Positions 17,275-25,535 of a stretch of DNA of 32,000 nt are shown one piece after another. Made by a program: the position numbers and the translations under genes. Each line of letters opens with the position of its first letter. Position 1 is the first letter of the stretch. The stretch covers positions 2,160,001 to 2,192,000 of the forward strand of contig NZ_AP028907.1 of the NCBI RefSeq assembly GCF_036323395.1, read 5' to 3'. This DNA is from Pyrodictium abyssi. Its GTDB lineage: Archaea; Thermoproteota; Thermoprotei_A; Sulfolobales; Pyrodictiaceae. The notes under the pieces were generated by a model. It was not told the DNA's origin and did not search any database. It worked only from the letters and a program-made list of their open reading frames with translations.

Positions 17275-17326
17275 TACCGGTGTTTGCAGTAGAGTGCAGA
17301 CCAGTTATGCCCTCATGAGCATGGCT

Positions 17327-17349
17327 GGGGAGTGCCTCTAATACTCCCC
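17327..17349 (+). promoter_or_regulatory. perfect 7-bp hairpin with a TATA-like loop just upstream of hmgA
   Basis: GGGGAGT (17327-17333) pairs with ACTCCCC (17343-17349). The 9-nt loop is GCCTCTAAT, and the sequence running from the loop into the 3' arm reads TCTAATAC. It lies 12 nt before the GTG at 17361. Confidence 0.3.
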
Positions 17350-17360
17350 CGGGGCTCTAC

Positions 17361-18653
17361 GTGGCCCCTCCTAGGGGCTGCTTCTTGGCCGGTGACTCCG
17401 GGTCCTGGAACGAGAAGATAGAGGAAGTAGTCAAGGGGATAGTGGAGGGCAGGATACGGCTCCACGAGGCGGACCGGATACTGGGCAACGCTAACGCTGC
17501 TGCCCTTGCGCGGCGGCTCGCGCTCGAACGCATGCTCGGCGTAGGCCTCTCGAGCATCGGCAGCACTATTCTCGACTTCGAGGAGATCGTTGGCAGGAAC
17601 ATAGAGAACCCTATCGGCGCGGTCCAGGTGCCTGTGGGCGTCGCCGGACCGCTCCGGGTCAACGGCGAGTATGCCCGCGGAGACTTCTACGTGCCCCTCG
17701 CCACCACCGAGGGCGCCCTCGTAGCCAGCATCAACAGAGGCGCGAAGGCCGTCACGCTGAGCGGCGGGGCACGGGCACGCGTAATCCACGATGGTATGAC
17801 GCGTGCCCCCGCCTTCTGGACGCCGGGCATAGACGAGGCTGTGCGCTTCGTCCGGTGGGTGCGGGAGCGAATAGAGGACATACGCAGGGAAGCAGAGTCC
17901 ACGACCCGGCACGGCAGGCTCATCGAGGTACAGCCGTTCATCGCTGGCAACATTGTCTGGCTCCGCTTCGTCTACAGCACGGCCGACGCGATGGGCATGA
18001 ACATGGCCACCATAGCCACGGACCGGGCCGCGGAATGGATACTCAAGAACTACCCTGGCACGGCTAGGCTCGTCGCCATCAGCGGCAACATGTGCACAGA
18101 CAAGAAGCCAGCAATGATCAACATGCTGCTAGGCCGCGGCAAGACCGTCGTAGCCGAGGCTGTGATAAAGAGGGACGTAGCGCTAAAGGTGCTCAAGGCT
18201 GCGCCAGAGGACATAGACGCTGTGAACCGCGTCAAGAACCTCCTGGGCAGCGCCCGCGCCGGGAGCATGAGCTACAACGCGCACTTCGCCAACATAATAG
18301 CGGCGATATTCATCGCGACTGGGCAGGACGTCGCCCAGGTCGTGGAGAGCAGTATGGGCTACACGTGGACCGAGGTACGGGACGGAGACCTCTACATCTC
18401 CGTGACCCTGCCGAGCCTAGAGGTAGGCACCGTGGGTGGTGGCACCCGGCTACCCACCCAGCGCGAGGCACTCGCGATGCTCGGCGCTGCTGGCGGCGGG
18501 GACCCACCGGGCACGAACGCCCGGAAGCTAGCAGAGATAATCGCCGCCACGGTCCTCGCCGGGGAGCTCAACCTCCTAGCAGCCCTAGCAGCTAACGAGC
18601 TCGCCCGCGCCCACCGGCTCCTGGGCCGCGGCGGGGCCAGGAGCCGGGGCTAG
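17361..18653 (+). CDS. hmgA: 3-hydroxy-3-methylglutaryl-CoA reductase (class I, archaeal)
   Basis: 430 aa with [25 protein letters not shown] and EVGTVGGGT motifs. The start is uncertain: GTG at 17361 or in-frame TTG at 17385. The later start fits a leaderless transcript from the TATA-like element at about 17337-17344. Confidence 0.95.
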   Translation: MAPPRGCFLAGDSGSWNEKIEEVVKGIVEGRIRLHEADRILGNANAAALARRLALERMLGVGLSSIGSTILDFEEIVGRNIENPIGAVQVPVGVAGPLRVNGEYARGDFYVPLATTEGALVASINRGAKAVTLSGGARARVIHDGMTRAPAFWTPGIDEAVRFVRWVRERIEDIRREAESTTRHGRLIEVQPFIAGNIVWLRFVYSTADAMGMNMATIATDRAAEWILKNYPGTARLVAISGNMCTDKKPAMINMLLGRGKTVVAEAVIKRDVALKVLKAAPEDIDAVNRVKNLLGSARAGSMSYNAHFANIIAAIFIATGQDVAQVVESSMGYTWTEVRDGDLYISVTLPSLEVGTVGGGTRLPTQREALAMLGAAGGGDPPGTNARKLAEIIAATVLAGELNLLAALAANELARAHRLLGRGGARSRG

Positions 18654-19465
18654 CTACGGTGTCCCTCGATGTACCTGGCCAGGTCGTTGGGGTTGAGCTG
18701 GTATCGCCACCTAGGCCTAGCCACGGGCATGATGTAGAGCGGGTTTTCCTCCTCGGGTGTTCCTACCACCTTTCTCACCTCATCATCGTGGAACGCGCCT
18801 ATAGCCACGGTAGCGAGGCCTAGAGCTGCTGCCTGGAGGTACACATTCTGCCCAGCGTGACCGACCTCGATGTGGACGTAGCGTATGCCCCTGGCACCAT
18901 ACCTCCTCGTGGTACGCTCATACACAGCTGCGAAGATGAGGTTCACGGGGGCCTCCCGGACCCACTCCTGCTCTAGCGCTGCGTGGTACAGCCTCTCCAC
19001 GAGATCATCCCCCTTCCTCACCTGGACGAGCGCATGGCTGTGAGGCAGGTACCGGTAGGAGCCCGGCTCTAGAAACCCGTCCCCCGTCAGGACCCCCTTG
19101 GGCGCGGCTACAACGTAGACCTCTAGGGGGTAGGTAGCGCCAGCGCTAGGCGACGTCCGGAACCCGTGCCGGGTCTCAGATACCCCCTGCGCGGCCCAGA
19201 GCAGCTGCGCAAGCTCCTCAATGGTTATCGGCTCGTCTGTGTACTCGCGTATAGACCTCCGGTTTGCCAGCGCTTCCTCGAGGCTAACCACGCCACGGAG
19301 ACGCGGCATTGGGAGATAGACCAGCTTGTCTCCGCGGACCGTGCGGTATGGGGCGCTGTAGCGGGCTCGTAGCCTCCGGTAGCCCAGCGGGAGCCCCACG
19401 AGGAGCCCGAGAGAGGAGAGCATAGCAGCAGCTAGGGCCTGGAGGAAGCGTCGCCGGGGTAGCAT
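18650..19465 (-). CDS. SagB/ThcOx-type nitroreductase-family flavoprotein with twin-arginine signal/anchor
   Basis: The ORF-track entry 18650..19510 was trimmed to the ATG at 19463-19465 ([25 protein letters not shown]), a Tat-like RRxFLxA motif plus a hydrophobic region. The nitroreductase-fold core includes [27 protein letters not shown] and [10 protein letters not shown]. The 3' end overlaps the hmgA stop by 4 nt (convergent). Confidence 0.8.
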   Translation of the reverse strand: MLPRRRFLQALAAAMLSSLGLLVGLPLGYRRLRARYSAPYRTVRGDKLVYLPMPRLRGVVSLEEALANRRSIREYTDEPITIEELAQLLWAAQGVSETRHGFRTSPSAGATYPLEVYVVAAPKGVLTGDGFLEPGSYRYLPHSHALVQVRKGDDLVERLYHAALEQEWVREAPVNLIFAAVYERTTRRYGARGIRYVHIEVGHAGQNVYLQAAALGLATVAIGAFHDDEVRKVVGTPEEENPLYIMPVARPRWRYQLNPNDLARYIEGHRS

Positions 19466-19557
19466 AGCCTGCCTCCGGGATACAGGGTGGCCTCGGGAGA
19501 GGGGTATCAATTCTCCTGGAGGGTGTACGGGTCAGCCCCGGAGGGCCTGAGGAGAGT

Positions 19558-19923
19558 ATGACAAGACAATCTACTCTTCAGGCTCTAAGCCTCCTATCAT
19601 CAGTAACCGGTATAGTGCTGTTGAGCCTCGCCTACCTCTCAGCAGTCAGCGGGTTCTGCCTCCGCAGCCCAGCGGTAGCCCGGATGCCTCCCCTAAGCCT
19701 CCTAGGCGGCTACGGGCTCTGCAGCTACCTCCACGTAGAAGCCCTACCCCCGCTGCTCGCCCTGGCCGGTGTAGCCCACGCAGTAGCCTCTATGGAGCTT
19801 CTAGCAGCACGCTTCACGGGCGCCCCGAAGTGCTACCGGATACTAGCAGAGCTAACCCGCCTAGCAACATGGCTACTCGCAGGGCACCTACTAGCACTAC
19901 TAGTCATAGCGCATACATTATAG
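19558..19923 (+). CDS. small integral membrane protein (hypothetical)
   Basis: 121 aa with three or four hydrophobic helices. No recognisable motif. It is divergent from the nitroreductase gene. Confidence 0.5.
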   Translation: MTRQSTLQALSLLSSVTGIVLLSLAYLSAVSGFCLRSPAVARMPPLSLLGGYGLCSYLHVEALPPLLALAGVAHAVASMELLAARFTGAPKCYRILAELTRLATWLLAGHLLALLVIAHTL

Positions 19924-20019
19924 TCCCAAGTCCCAAAGAATAGCCGGGGCCCTAGACCGTGCCGGAGGAGTAGGCGTAGCTACAGGCTTGCGAAGCAGGG
20001 CTCCACCCCGGCTAGGGGG

Positions 20020-20421
20020 CTAGCACCATTTCTCCACCGCGAGCGCCTCTATCCTGCCTAGGTGCTTTACGTTGCATGTTGCTAGCCGGCAGCCTTTCTC
20101 CCTCGCTGCTACGCCTATGAGCACGTCGCGGAACCCGAGGCTCATGCCCTGGGAGGCTAGCCGCGCCGCCTCCCTGGCGGCTGCCTCCGCTGTTCTCGGG
20201 TCAAGCCCTATCACGTGGAGGATTTCCTCTAGTTCTCGGATAGCCCTTACCCTCTTCTCGCTGCCGCTGCGGTAGGCCCCGTAGTATAGCTCGAAGAGGT
20301 TAACAACTGTTGTGGCTAGCTCTAGGCCCTCCTCCTCGAGCCTGGCGACATAGTCTACAGCGGTCTTCCTGCCACGGAGCAGGGCTATTAGCAGGTCCGT
20401 GTCCAGGACTGTACACGCCAT
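20020..20421 (-). CDS. vapC: PIN-domain toxin VapC
   Basis: The ORF-track entry 20020..20487 was trimmed to the ATG at 20419-20421 (MACTVLDTDLLIALL...). The C-terminal LATCNVKHL fits the T.N..HF motif. It lies downstream of, and overlaps, a VapB-type gene. Confidence 0.8.
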   Translation of the reverse strand: MACTVLDTDLLIALLRGRKTAVDYVARLEEEGLELATTVVNLFELYYGAYRSGSEKRVRAIRELEEILHVIGLDPRTAEAAAREAARLASQGMSLGFRDVLIGVAAREKGCRLATCNVKHLGRIEALAVEKWC

Positions 20422-20630
20422 CTCCGCCACGCCTGGCGAATCTCCTCCAGGAGCGCCTCCTCCTCGGAGTCGCTCATATCGCTCCACGCGCCAGCGAGGC
20501 TGAGCAGGCTCCTTCTCCTCCCCGCCTCCTCTATGAGCCGGAGTATGGCCTGTGAGAAGCTCTCCCCCTCCCTCTTATACCGTTTCAGGGCCTCATAGGC
20601 CTCCTCCGACACAGTGATGGTGCGTGCCAC
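20388..20630 (-). CDS. vapB: VapB-type antitoxin (TITVSEEAYEALKRYKREGESFS family)
   Basis: 80 aa with a GTG start. The N-terminus ARTITVSEEAYEALKRYKREGESFSQAILRLIEE matches the small archaeal antitoxin family commonly paired with PIN toxins. It overlaps vapC by 34 nt. TATA-like AACTTATAG lies about 35-45 nt upstream on the minus strand (about 20665-20675). Confidence 0.7.
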   Translation of the reverse strand: MARTITVSEEAYEALKRYKREGESFSQAILRLIEEAGRRRSLLSLAGAWSDMSDSEEEALLEEIRQAWRRWRVQSWTRTC

Positions 20631-20846
20631 TGCTGCGCCCCGCTGAGGAGAGATACCTAGGCCAAGCTATAAGTTTAAGCGATAAACATGGAGTGGAATG
20701 GGCGGTCAGGCGGCTAATCCCCACGTCACCTCCCCGCCAAGGGGGTCGTGGGCCTGGAACACATCATCCCCTCGGGGCCTCCCCAAGGGGGAGAAGAACC
20801 CCCTGGGGCGTCCCAAGCGCTGCGGGGCCGAGGAGGAGGCCGGGCC

Positions 20847-21158
20847 ATGGAGATCGAGAGGGGCGAGGCGGCAGCCGAGCTGGCGACTGAGGCGCTGAGC
20901 TACGTGAGTGAGGCGTGCCGTAGCCCTCGGCTGCGCAGCGTGTGCGAGCGGCTAGAGGACGTGCTTGTTGCAGCGCTCGATGAGGCTAGGGAGATAGAGC
21001 TAGCGCCCTATGTGCCCCGGCCGCCGGTGGCCATCGAGGCTGCTGCACGGGAGCTGGAGCAGGCTGCACGGGAGGCCGAGAAGATGGGGCTAGGCGAGGA
21101 GGCTTCGCTTCTCTGGGAGGCGGCTCGTAGGCTCTCGATGCTAGCCCGTATAGCCTAG
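20847..21158 (+). CDS. small helical hypothetical protein (103 aa)
   Basis: The ORF-track entry 20748..21158 was trimmed to the ATG at 20847, which is preceded by AGGAGGAGG. MEIERGEAAAELATEALSYVSEACRS... is Ala/Glu/Arg-rich and helical, with no known motif. Confidence 0.5.
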   Translation: MEIERGEAAAELATEALSYVSEACRSPRLRSVCERLEDVLVAALDEAREIELAPYVPRPPVAIEAAARELEQAAREAEKMGLGEEASLLWEAARRLSMLARIA

Positions 21159-21356
21159 CCCTCCGAGGCTGTGGCCCCTCCTCTCTGGGCTGGCTGCTCT
21201 CCTCGGTGGGCTTCTCTGCGGGAGCCCCGCTGGTGTGGCTCTCCGCGGCTGGAGCGTGTTCTCCCCCAGGGAGCCCCGGGCCCCCGGGAGAGGCTCTATA
21301 GGCCCCTCTGTGGGGTCCACGGGCTCGCACTGGGTGTAGAGGCGCGGAGAGCTTAC

Positions 21357-22700
21357 ATGTTGCCTGGTGGTAGAGTAGTGGGGCTCGCCGAGATAAGGGG
21401 GATAATACGCGAAGCATGGCCGCTAATGCTCGCGGAGGCTGTGGGGAGCATAGTCTCGCTCATAGACCTGGCCTTCGTCTCCCGGCTAGGCGTCACAGCC
21501 CTAGCGGGGGTCGGCGCTGGGAGCTACGCTGGCTGGTTCCTCAACGTCCCCCTAGCAGCGTTCTACATCGGCGTACTGGTTCTGGCGAGCCAGGCGCTCG
21601 GCGCCGGGCGCCGGAGCCTCGCCGAGAGGATAGTAGGCGAGAGCCTGACAGCAGCAATGCTGGCAGCGCTCCCCCTAGCGGCGGCAGGCATAGCGGCCGC
21701 ACACGGGCTTGGCATGTGGCTCTCCGGCGGCGACGAGGCCGTCGCCGAGGCGGCAGCCGCCTACCTTAGGGCGCGGCTGCTAGGCCATAGCTTCTTCGCC
21801 GCCATGCTCGTCCTCGACGCGGCGTACCGGGCGGCGGGTGCTAACCGCGGCATACTCTACGGCGCCGCCGCCACGGCCGCTGCTAACACGGTGCTGGACC
21901 CCCTGCTGATATACGTGGCTGGGCTCGGGGTAAGCGGCGCGGGCCTCGCCACGGCCGCTAGCTACGCTGCTGGCGTCCTCGTGCTGGCAGCTCGTGCCCG
22001 GAGCCAGGCTGGCTACAGCTCCATAGCCAGCGTCCCCCGGGGGCTAGCCGCCCGCGTCTTCAGGGTAGGCTCGCCGGCTATGGCGGAGAGGCTGCTGTTC
22101 GCCGGGGGCAACCTGGTCTACCTCGCGGCGGTGGCGCGGTGCGGGGAGGCGGCGCTAGCAGCCCACACGGTGGGCGTGCGGATAGAGTCGCTGGCCTTCC
22201 TCCCCGCCTTCGCGCTCTCGACCTACGCTAGCGGCGAGGTCGGCCGCCTAGTCGGCGCAGGCCTGCTGGAGGAGGCCCAGAAGAGGGGCTGGAGTATCGC
22301 CGGCGCGAGCGCAGCCTTCATGACCCTTATGGCCCTGGTGCTCGCCGGGGTCGCGGTCCCGGCGTCAATCCTGCTAGCCCCTAGCGAGGCCGTGGCCACC
22401 CTTGTGGTGGCCTACCTGCTGCTAGCGGCCGTCTCCGAGCCGGCCCTGGGCGCGGTGATGAGCCTCGGCGGCGCCATAAGGGGCGCTGGTAACACGCTAG
22501 TCCCAACGCTAATCAACCTCGTAGGGCTCTACCTGGTCCGCGTAGCCCCAGCATACCTGCTCGTAGGCCGCGTAGCCTCCGGCACCGCGTGCCCCCTCGT
22601 AGCCTGGCTCATAATGGACGTTGACGTCGCAGCCCGGGCTGCGGTGTTCACCCTGGTCTACCGCCGCTACTTCCGCCGCCTAGCACGCCGCCTCGTATAG
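21357..22700 (+). CDS. MATE family efflux transporter
   Basis: The ORF-track entry 21171..22700 was trimmed to the ATG at 21357 (MLPGGRVVGLAEIRGIIREAWPLMLAEAVGSIVSLIDLAFVSRLG), a typical MATE N-terminus. It is about 447 aa with about 12 TM segments in two repeated halves. Confidence 0.85.
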   Translation: MLPGGRVVGLAEIRGIIREAWPLMLAEAVGSIVSLIDLAFVSRLGVTALAGVGAGSYAGWFLNVPLAAFYIGVLVLASQALGAGRRSLAERIVGESLTAAMLAALPLAAAGIAAAHGLGMWLSGGDEAVAEAAAAYLRARLLGHSFFAAMLVLDAAYRAAGANRGILYGAAATAAANTVLDPLLIYVAGLGVSGAGLATAASYAAGVLVLAARARSQAGYSSIASVPRGLAARVFRVGSPAMAERLLFAGGNLVYLAAVARCGEAALAAHTVGVRIESLAFLPAFALSTYASGEVGRLVGAGLLEEAQKRGWSIAGASAAFMTLMALVLAGVAVPASILLAPSEAVATLVVAYLLLAAVSEPALGAVMSLGGAIRGAGNTLVPTLINLVGLYLVRVAPAYLLVGRVASGTACPLVAWLIMDVDVAARAAVFTLVYRRYFRRLARRLV

Positions 22701-22801
22701 GAGCGGGCCCCCGGGGGGCCCGGCTAGCCCAATTAATTCCCGAGGGGCCAGGCCCAGGTGCCGTAGAGGGCTAGGCGGGCAAGCGAGATGGCTAGCCAGC
22801 C

Positions 22802-23464
22802 ATGCAGGGCGATATCCCGGCACTGCTGCTAGCGGTGGCAGCCGTCCTGGAGATGGCCGGCGGCGCGGCGGGCGTGCTGCTGTTCCGCTGGCTGTGCCGC
22901 GCCTCCCGGCTCACCGGGGAGAGGAGCCTCTGCGTAACCGGGGCAGCGTTCATCACCTACTCGGCTGGGCTCGTGCTAGAGGCCCTCGGGAACATATACG
23001 CCTATGGTGCCAGCACGGCTGTGCCGCCGTGGAGCCGCCGGCCCGAGTCCGTCGCGCTCCTCGCGCTCAACCACGGCACCCTCCTCGCAGCCCCGCTCTA
23101 CATAGTCGCCTACACGCTCTCCCTCGTAGCCCTCTGCCACACCCACGTGCCCCTCGACACCAGCGGCCGGGGCCGCCTCTACGCGGCTGTGCCCCTGGTG
23201 CTGCAGATGTACATAGAGTACAACCTGGTAGCCCTAGCCGTGCTCGTGGCCGGGGCGCTGCTCGCTGCTAGGAGGTACGGCGGCGTCCGCGGCGCCGGGA
23301 TACTGTTCTACGCGCTCGCAGCCGCGAGCCATACGGCAGCAGCAATGGTGCCCCTAGAGCCCCTGCTAGCGCCAGCCTCGATGATCCTGAGGGCTGCAGC
23401 CCTCCTGGGCTTCGCCGCGCTAACGCTGCCGCATAGAGGGGGCCGTGGAGGGGAGGGGCGGTGA
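22802..23464 (+). CDS. polytopic membrane protein (hypothetical)
   Basis: 220 aa with about 6 hydrophobic helices. Its TGA overlaps the GTG start of the downstream wHTH gene (GTGA at 23461-23464). Confidence 0.55.
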   Translation: MQGDIPALLLAVAAVLEMAGGAAGVLLFRWLCRASRLTGERSLCVTGAAFITYSAGLVLEALGNIYAYGASTAVPPWSRRPESVALLALNHGTLLAAPLYIVAYTLSLVALCHTHVPLDTSGRGRLYAAVPLVLQMYIEYNLVALAVLVAGALLAARRYGGVRGAGILFYALAAASHTAAAMVPLEPLLAPASMILRAAALLGFAALTLPHRGGRGGEGR

Positions 23465-23733
23465 CGCGGCGGAAGTACCGCAGCCAGGCCGGCATAATCC
23501 TGGACATACTGGAGACGCTAGCCCGGGAGGGGCCACAGCCAGCCACACGGCTCATGTACACCGCCAACGTGCCGTATAGCCGGCTCCGCGAGACCCTCCT
23601 AAGGCTCCTCGACGAGGGCCTCGTAGAGGAGACAGGGGACCGGCGCTACAGGATAACAGAGCGGGGCCGCGAGGCCCTCGCCGTGCTCCGCGACGCCCGC
23701 CGCGTCCTAGAGAGCCTCGGCTACAAGTTCTAA
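23461..23733 (+). CDS. small winged-helix DNA-binding protein (COG3432-like archaeal regulator)
   Basis: 90 aa. RRKYRSQAGIILDILETLAREGPQPATRLMYTANVPYSRLRETLLRLLDEGLVEE...YRITERGREAL matches the pattern of small archaeal wHTH regulators (R.k.eI..dIL..l...g....t.imy.aN......k.yL..L...gLve). Confidence 0.7.
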   Translation: MTRRKYRSQAGIILDILETLAREGPQPATRLMYTANVPYSRLRETLLRLLDEGLVEETGDRRYRITERGREALAVLRDARRVLESLGYKF

Positions 23734-23971
23734 CGCCGGGCCCCCGCCCATACGGGGCGAGAAGCCCTTATCGAGCCCCACCGGGTACGCGCCCGATGGT
23801 GGCAGTGTGTCCGGCGCCACTGAGGCAGCGGACAAGGAGGGCCCACATCCCCCGGAGGCGCGCAGGGATGAGCCCAAGCAGGGGCTAGTCCGGCGCGGCC
23901 GCGAGTGGGTCCCCGGGGCCTTCCTCGACGCTGGTGAGGCCCTCGCAGCCGGGTAGACCGGGTCACGAGGC

Positions 23972-24892
23972 GTGGATGCGGCCTTGGAGCTCGGCCTGGT
24001 GTTCCTCGGGACTAGCGCGGCTGTGCCTATGCGGAGCCGTGGGCTCCCCGGGATAGCGCTAGTGTACCGCGGGAGCATAGTCGTGATGGACTGTGGCGAG
24101 GGCACCCAGGCCGCCCTAACCCGGGCAGGGCTCAGCCCCCTGAGGGTCGAGGCGGTCCTGGTCACCCATCTCCACGGCGACCACGTGTTCGGGCTCCCCG
24201 GGCTAGCCCAGTCGATGGCTATGCTGGGGCGGCGCCGGCCCCTGCTGGTGGCCGGGCCGCCGGGGGTCTACGGGTTCCTCCGCGAAACCTTCCGCTACAC
24301 AAGGTGGCTCCCGCTCTTCCCCCTCTACGTGGCCGAGCTCGAGCCCGGCGACACGCTGGCCCTGCCCAGCGGCCTCCGCGTGGAGGCCTTCCCCGTGGAC
24401 CACACGGTGCCGGCCCTGGGCTACCGGGTGGAGGAGCCGCGGCGTAAGCCCCGGGTGGACCTGGAGCGGGCGCGGCGCCTCGGCCTAGAGCCGGGGCCGC
24501 TGCTGGGCAGGCTCCAGCGCGGCGAGCCGGTACGGGTCGGCGAGAGGCTCATACGCCCGGAGGACGTGCTTGTGGAGAGGCCCCGGGCGGTGATAGTCTA
24601 CACGGGCGACACGCGGCCAGCGGAGACGGTTGTGGAGGCGGCGCGGGGCGCCACAGTGCTGGTGCACGACTCGACCTTCGCCAGCGACATGGCCGAGGAG
24701 GCCCACGCGCAGGGCCACAGCACGGCCCTCGACGCCGCGCGGGCGGCGCGCGAGGCGGGGGTTAGGCTCCTGGTGCTCTTCCACATAAGCGCCCGCTACG
24801 ATTCCCCGGAGCCGCTGCTGCGTGAGGCCCGCCGCGTCCACCCCGCGACGGTGGCGGCGGAGGACCTGGCGAAGCTCCCCCTAAGGGTGTAG
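23972..24892 (+). CDS. rnz: ribonuclease Z (tRNA 3' endonuclease, MBL fold)
   Basis: 306 aa. It has LVFLGTSAAVPMRSRGLPGIAL, CGEGTQ, VLVTHLHGDHVFGLPGL (HxHxDH), HTVPALGYR, DT and FHISARY motifs in the RNase Z order. The start (GTG 23972) may instead be a nearby TTG. Confidence 0.9.
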   Translation: MDAALELGLVFLGTSAAVPMRSRGLPGIALVYRGSIVVMDCGEGTQAALTRAGLSPLRVEAVLVTHLHGDHVFGLPGLAQSMAMLGRRRPLLVAGPPGVYGFLRETFRYTRWLPLFPLYVAELEPGDTLALPSGLRVEAFPVDHTVPALGYRVEEPRRKPRVDLERARRLGLEPGPLLGRLQRGEPVRVGERLIRPEDVLVERPRAVIVYTGDTRPAETVVEAARGATVLVHDSTFASDMAEEAHAQGHSTALDAARAAREAGVRLLVLFHISARYDSPEPLLREARRVHPATVAAEDLAKLPLRV

Positions 24893-24900
24893 AGGGGGGT

Positions 24901-25503
24901 CTACGCCTGCTCCGGGGGCACCACTGCGACCTCTAAGGTGTCGCCTTCTATCCGGTCGGGGTAGACACGGTAGGCGCTGCGCGGCGCGTGGCGGAGCCCG
25001 TCCTTGCTGGTCAGGGGTACTGCTCTCCCGCCCACAGCTTCTATCATGCCCATTATCACCCCTATTATCGGGGCGGCGTTCAGCACGCTGCCCCGCAGGT
25101 GCTCGAGCCCGGTGAAGACCAGGCGTATCCGGCCCTCCTCCTGCCTAACGTAGGCGCGTGCCCGGTAGCTAGCGCTGGCTATGAGGGCGGTCACCCTCTC
25201 TAGCCTCTGGAAGAGCGGTACTGGGCTGGTCTCCTGGGGGCAGCACATCCTACGTACCTCGGAGTATATCCTGTTGGCTGTCGCGGCGAAGATCCTGGCG
25301 AGGAGCACGAACCCGGCGCTGCCGCCGATAGCGTCCCTGAGCACGTCGGGCACCGAGTAGAACGTGAGGTCCGTTATGAACCTCATGCAGATTGTTAGGC
25401 TCTCTACGGCCTGGCTGCACCGGTCTGTGGGCTTCTCGCTCACAGCTAGAACACCGGCCCGGAGAGGCTGCACTGGAGCATAAAAGGCTCTAGCGTACGG
25501 CAT
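24901..25503 (-). CDS. hypothetical protein (200 aa)
   Basis: The ORF-track entry 24901..25791 was trimmed to the ATG at 25501-25503 (MPYARAFYAPVQPL...). The upstream extension is Pro/Arg/Ala-rich and overlaps the divergent gene. The TATA element is centred about 24 nt upstream, consistent with a leaderless mRNA. No confident family; weak resemblance to V4R-type ligand-binding domains only. Confidence 0.55.
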   Translation of the reverse strand: MPYARAFYAPVQPLRAGVLAVSEKPTDRCSQAVESLTICMRFITDLTFYSVPDVLRDAIGGSAGFVLLARIFAATANRIYSEVRRMCCPQETSPVPLFQRLERVTALIASASYRARAYVRQEEGRIRLVFTGLEHLRGSVLNAAPIIGVIMGMIEAVGGRAVPLTSKDGLRHAPRSAYRVYPDRIEGDTLEVAVVPPEQA

Positions 25504-25521
25504 TGTTGTTCGTAGAGAAGC

Positions 25522-25531
25522 ATAGATAATA
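25522..25531. promoter_or_regulatory. shared AT-rich TATA-like element (ATAGATAATA) of a divergent gene pair
   Basis: It is the only AT-rich stretch in the 32-nt gap between the ATG at 25503 (minus) and the ATG at 25536 (plus). It is centred about 24 nt from the minus-strand ATG. It is too close to 25536, which argues that the plus-strand gene starts at the ATG at 25572. Confidence 0.45.
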
Positions 25532-25535
25532 CTCG

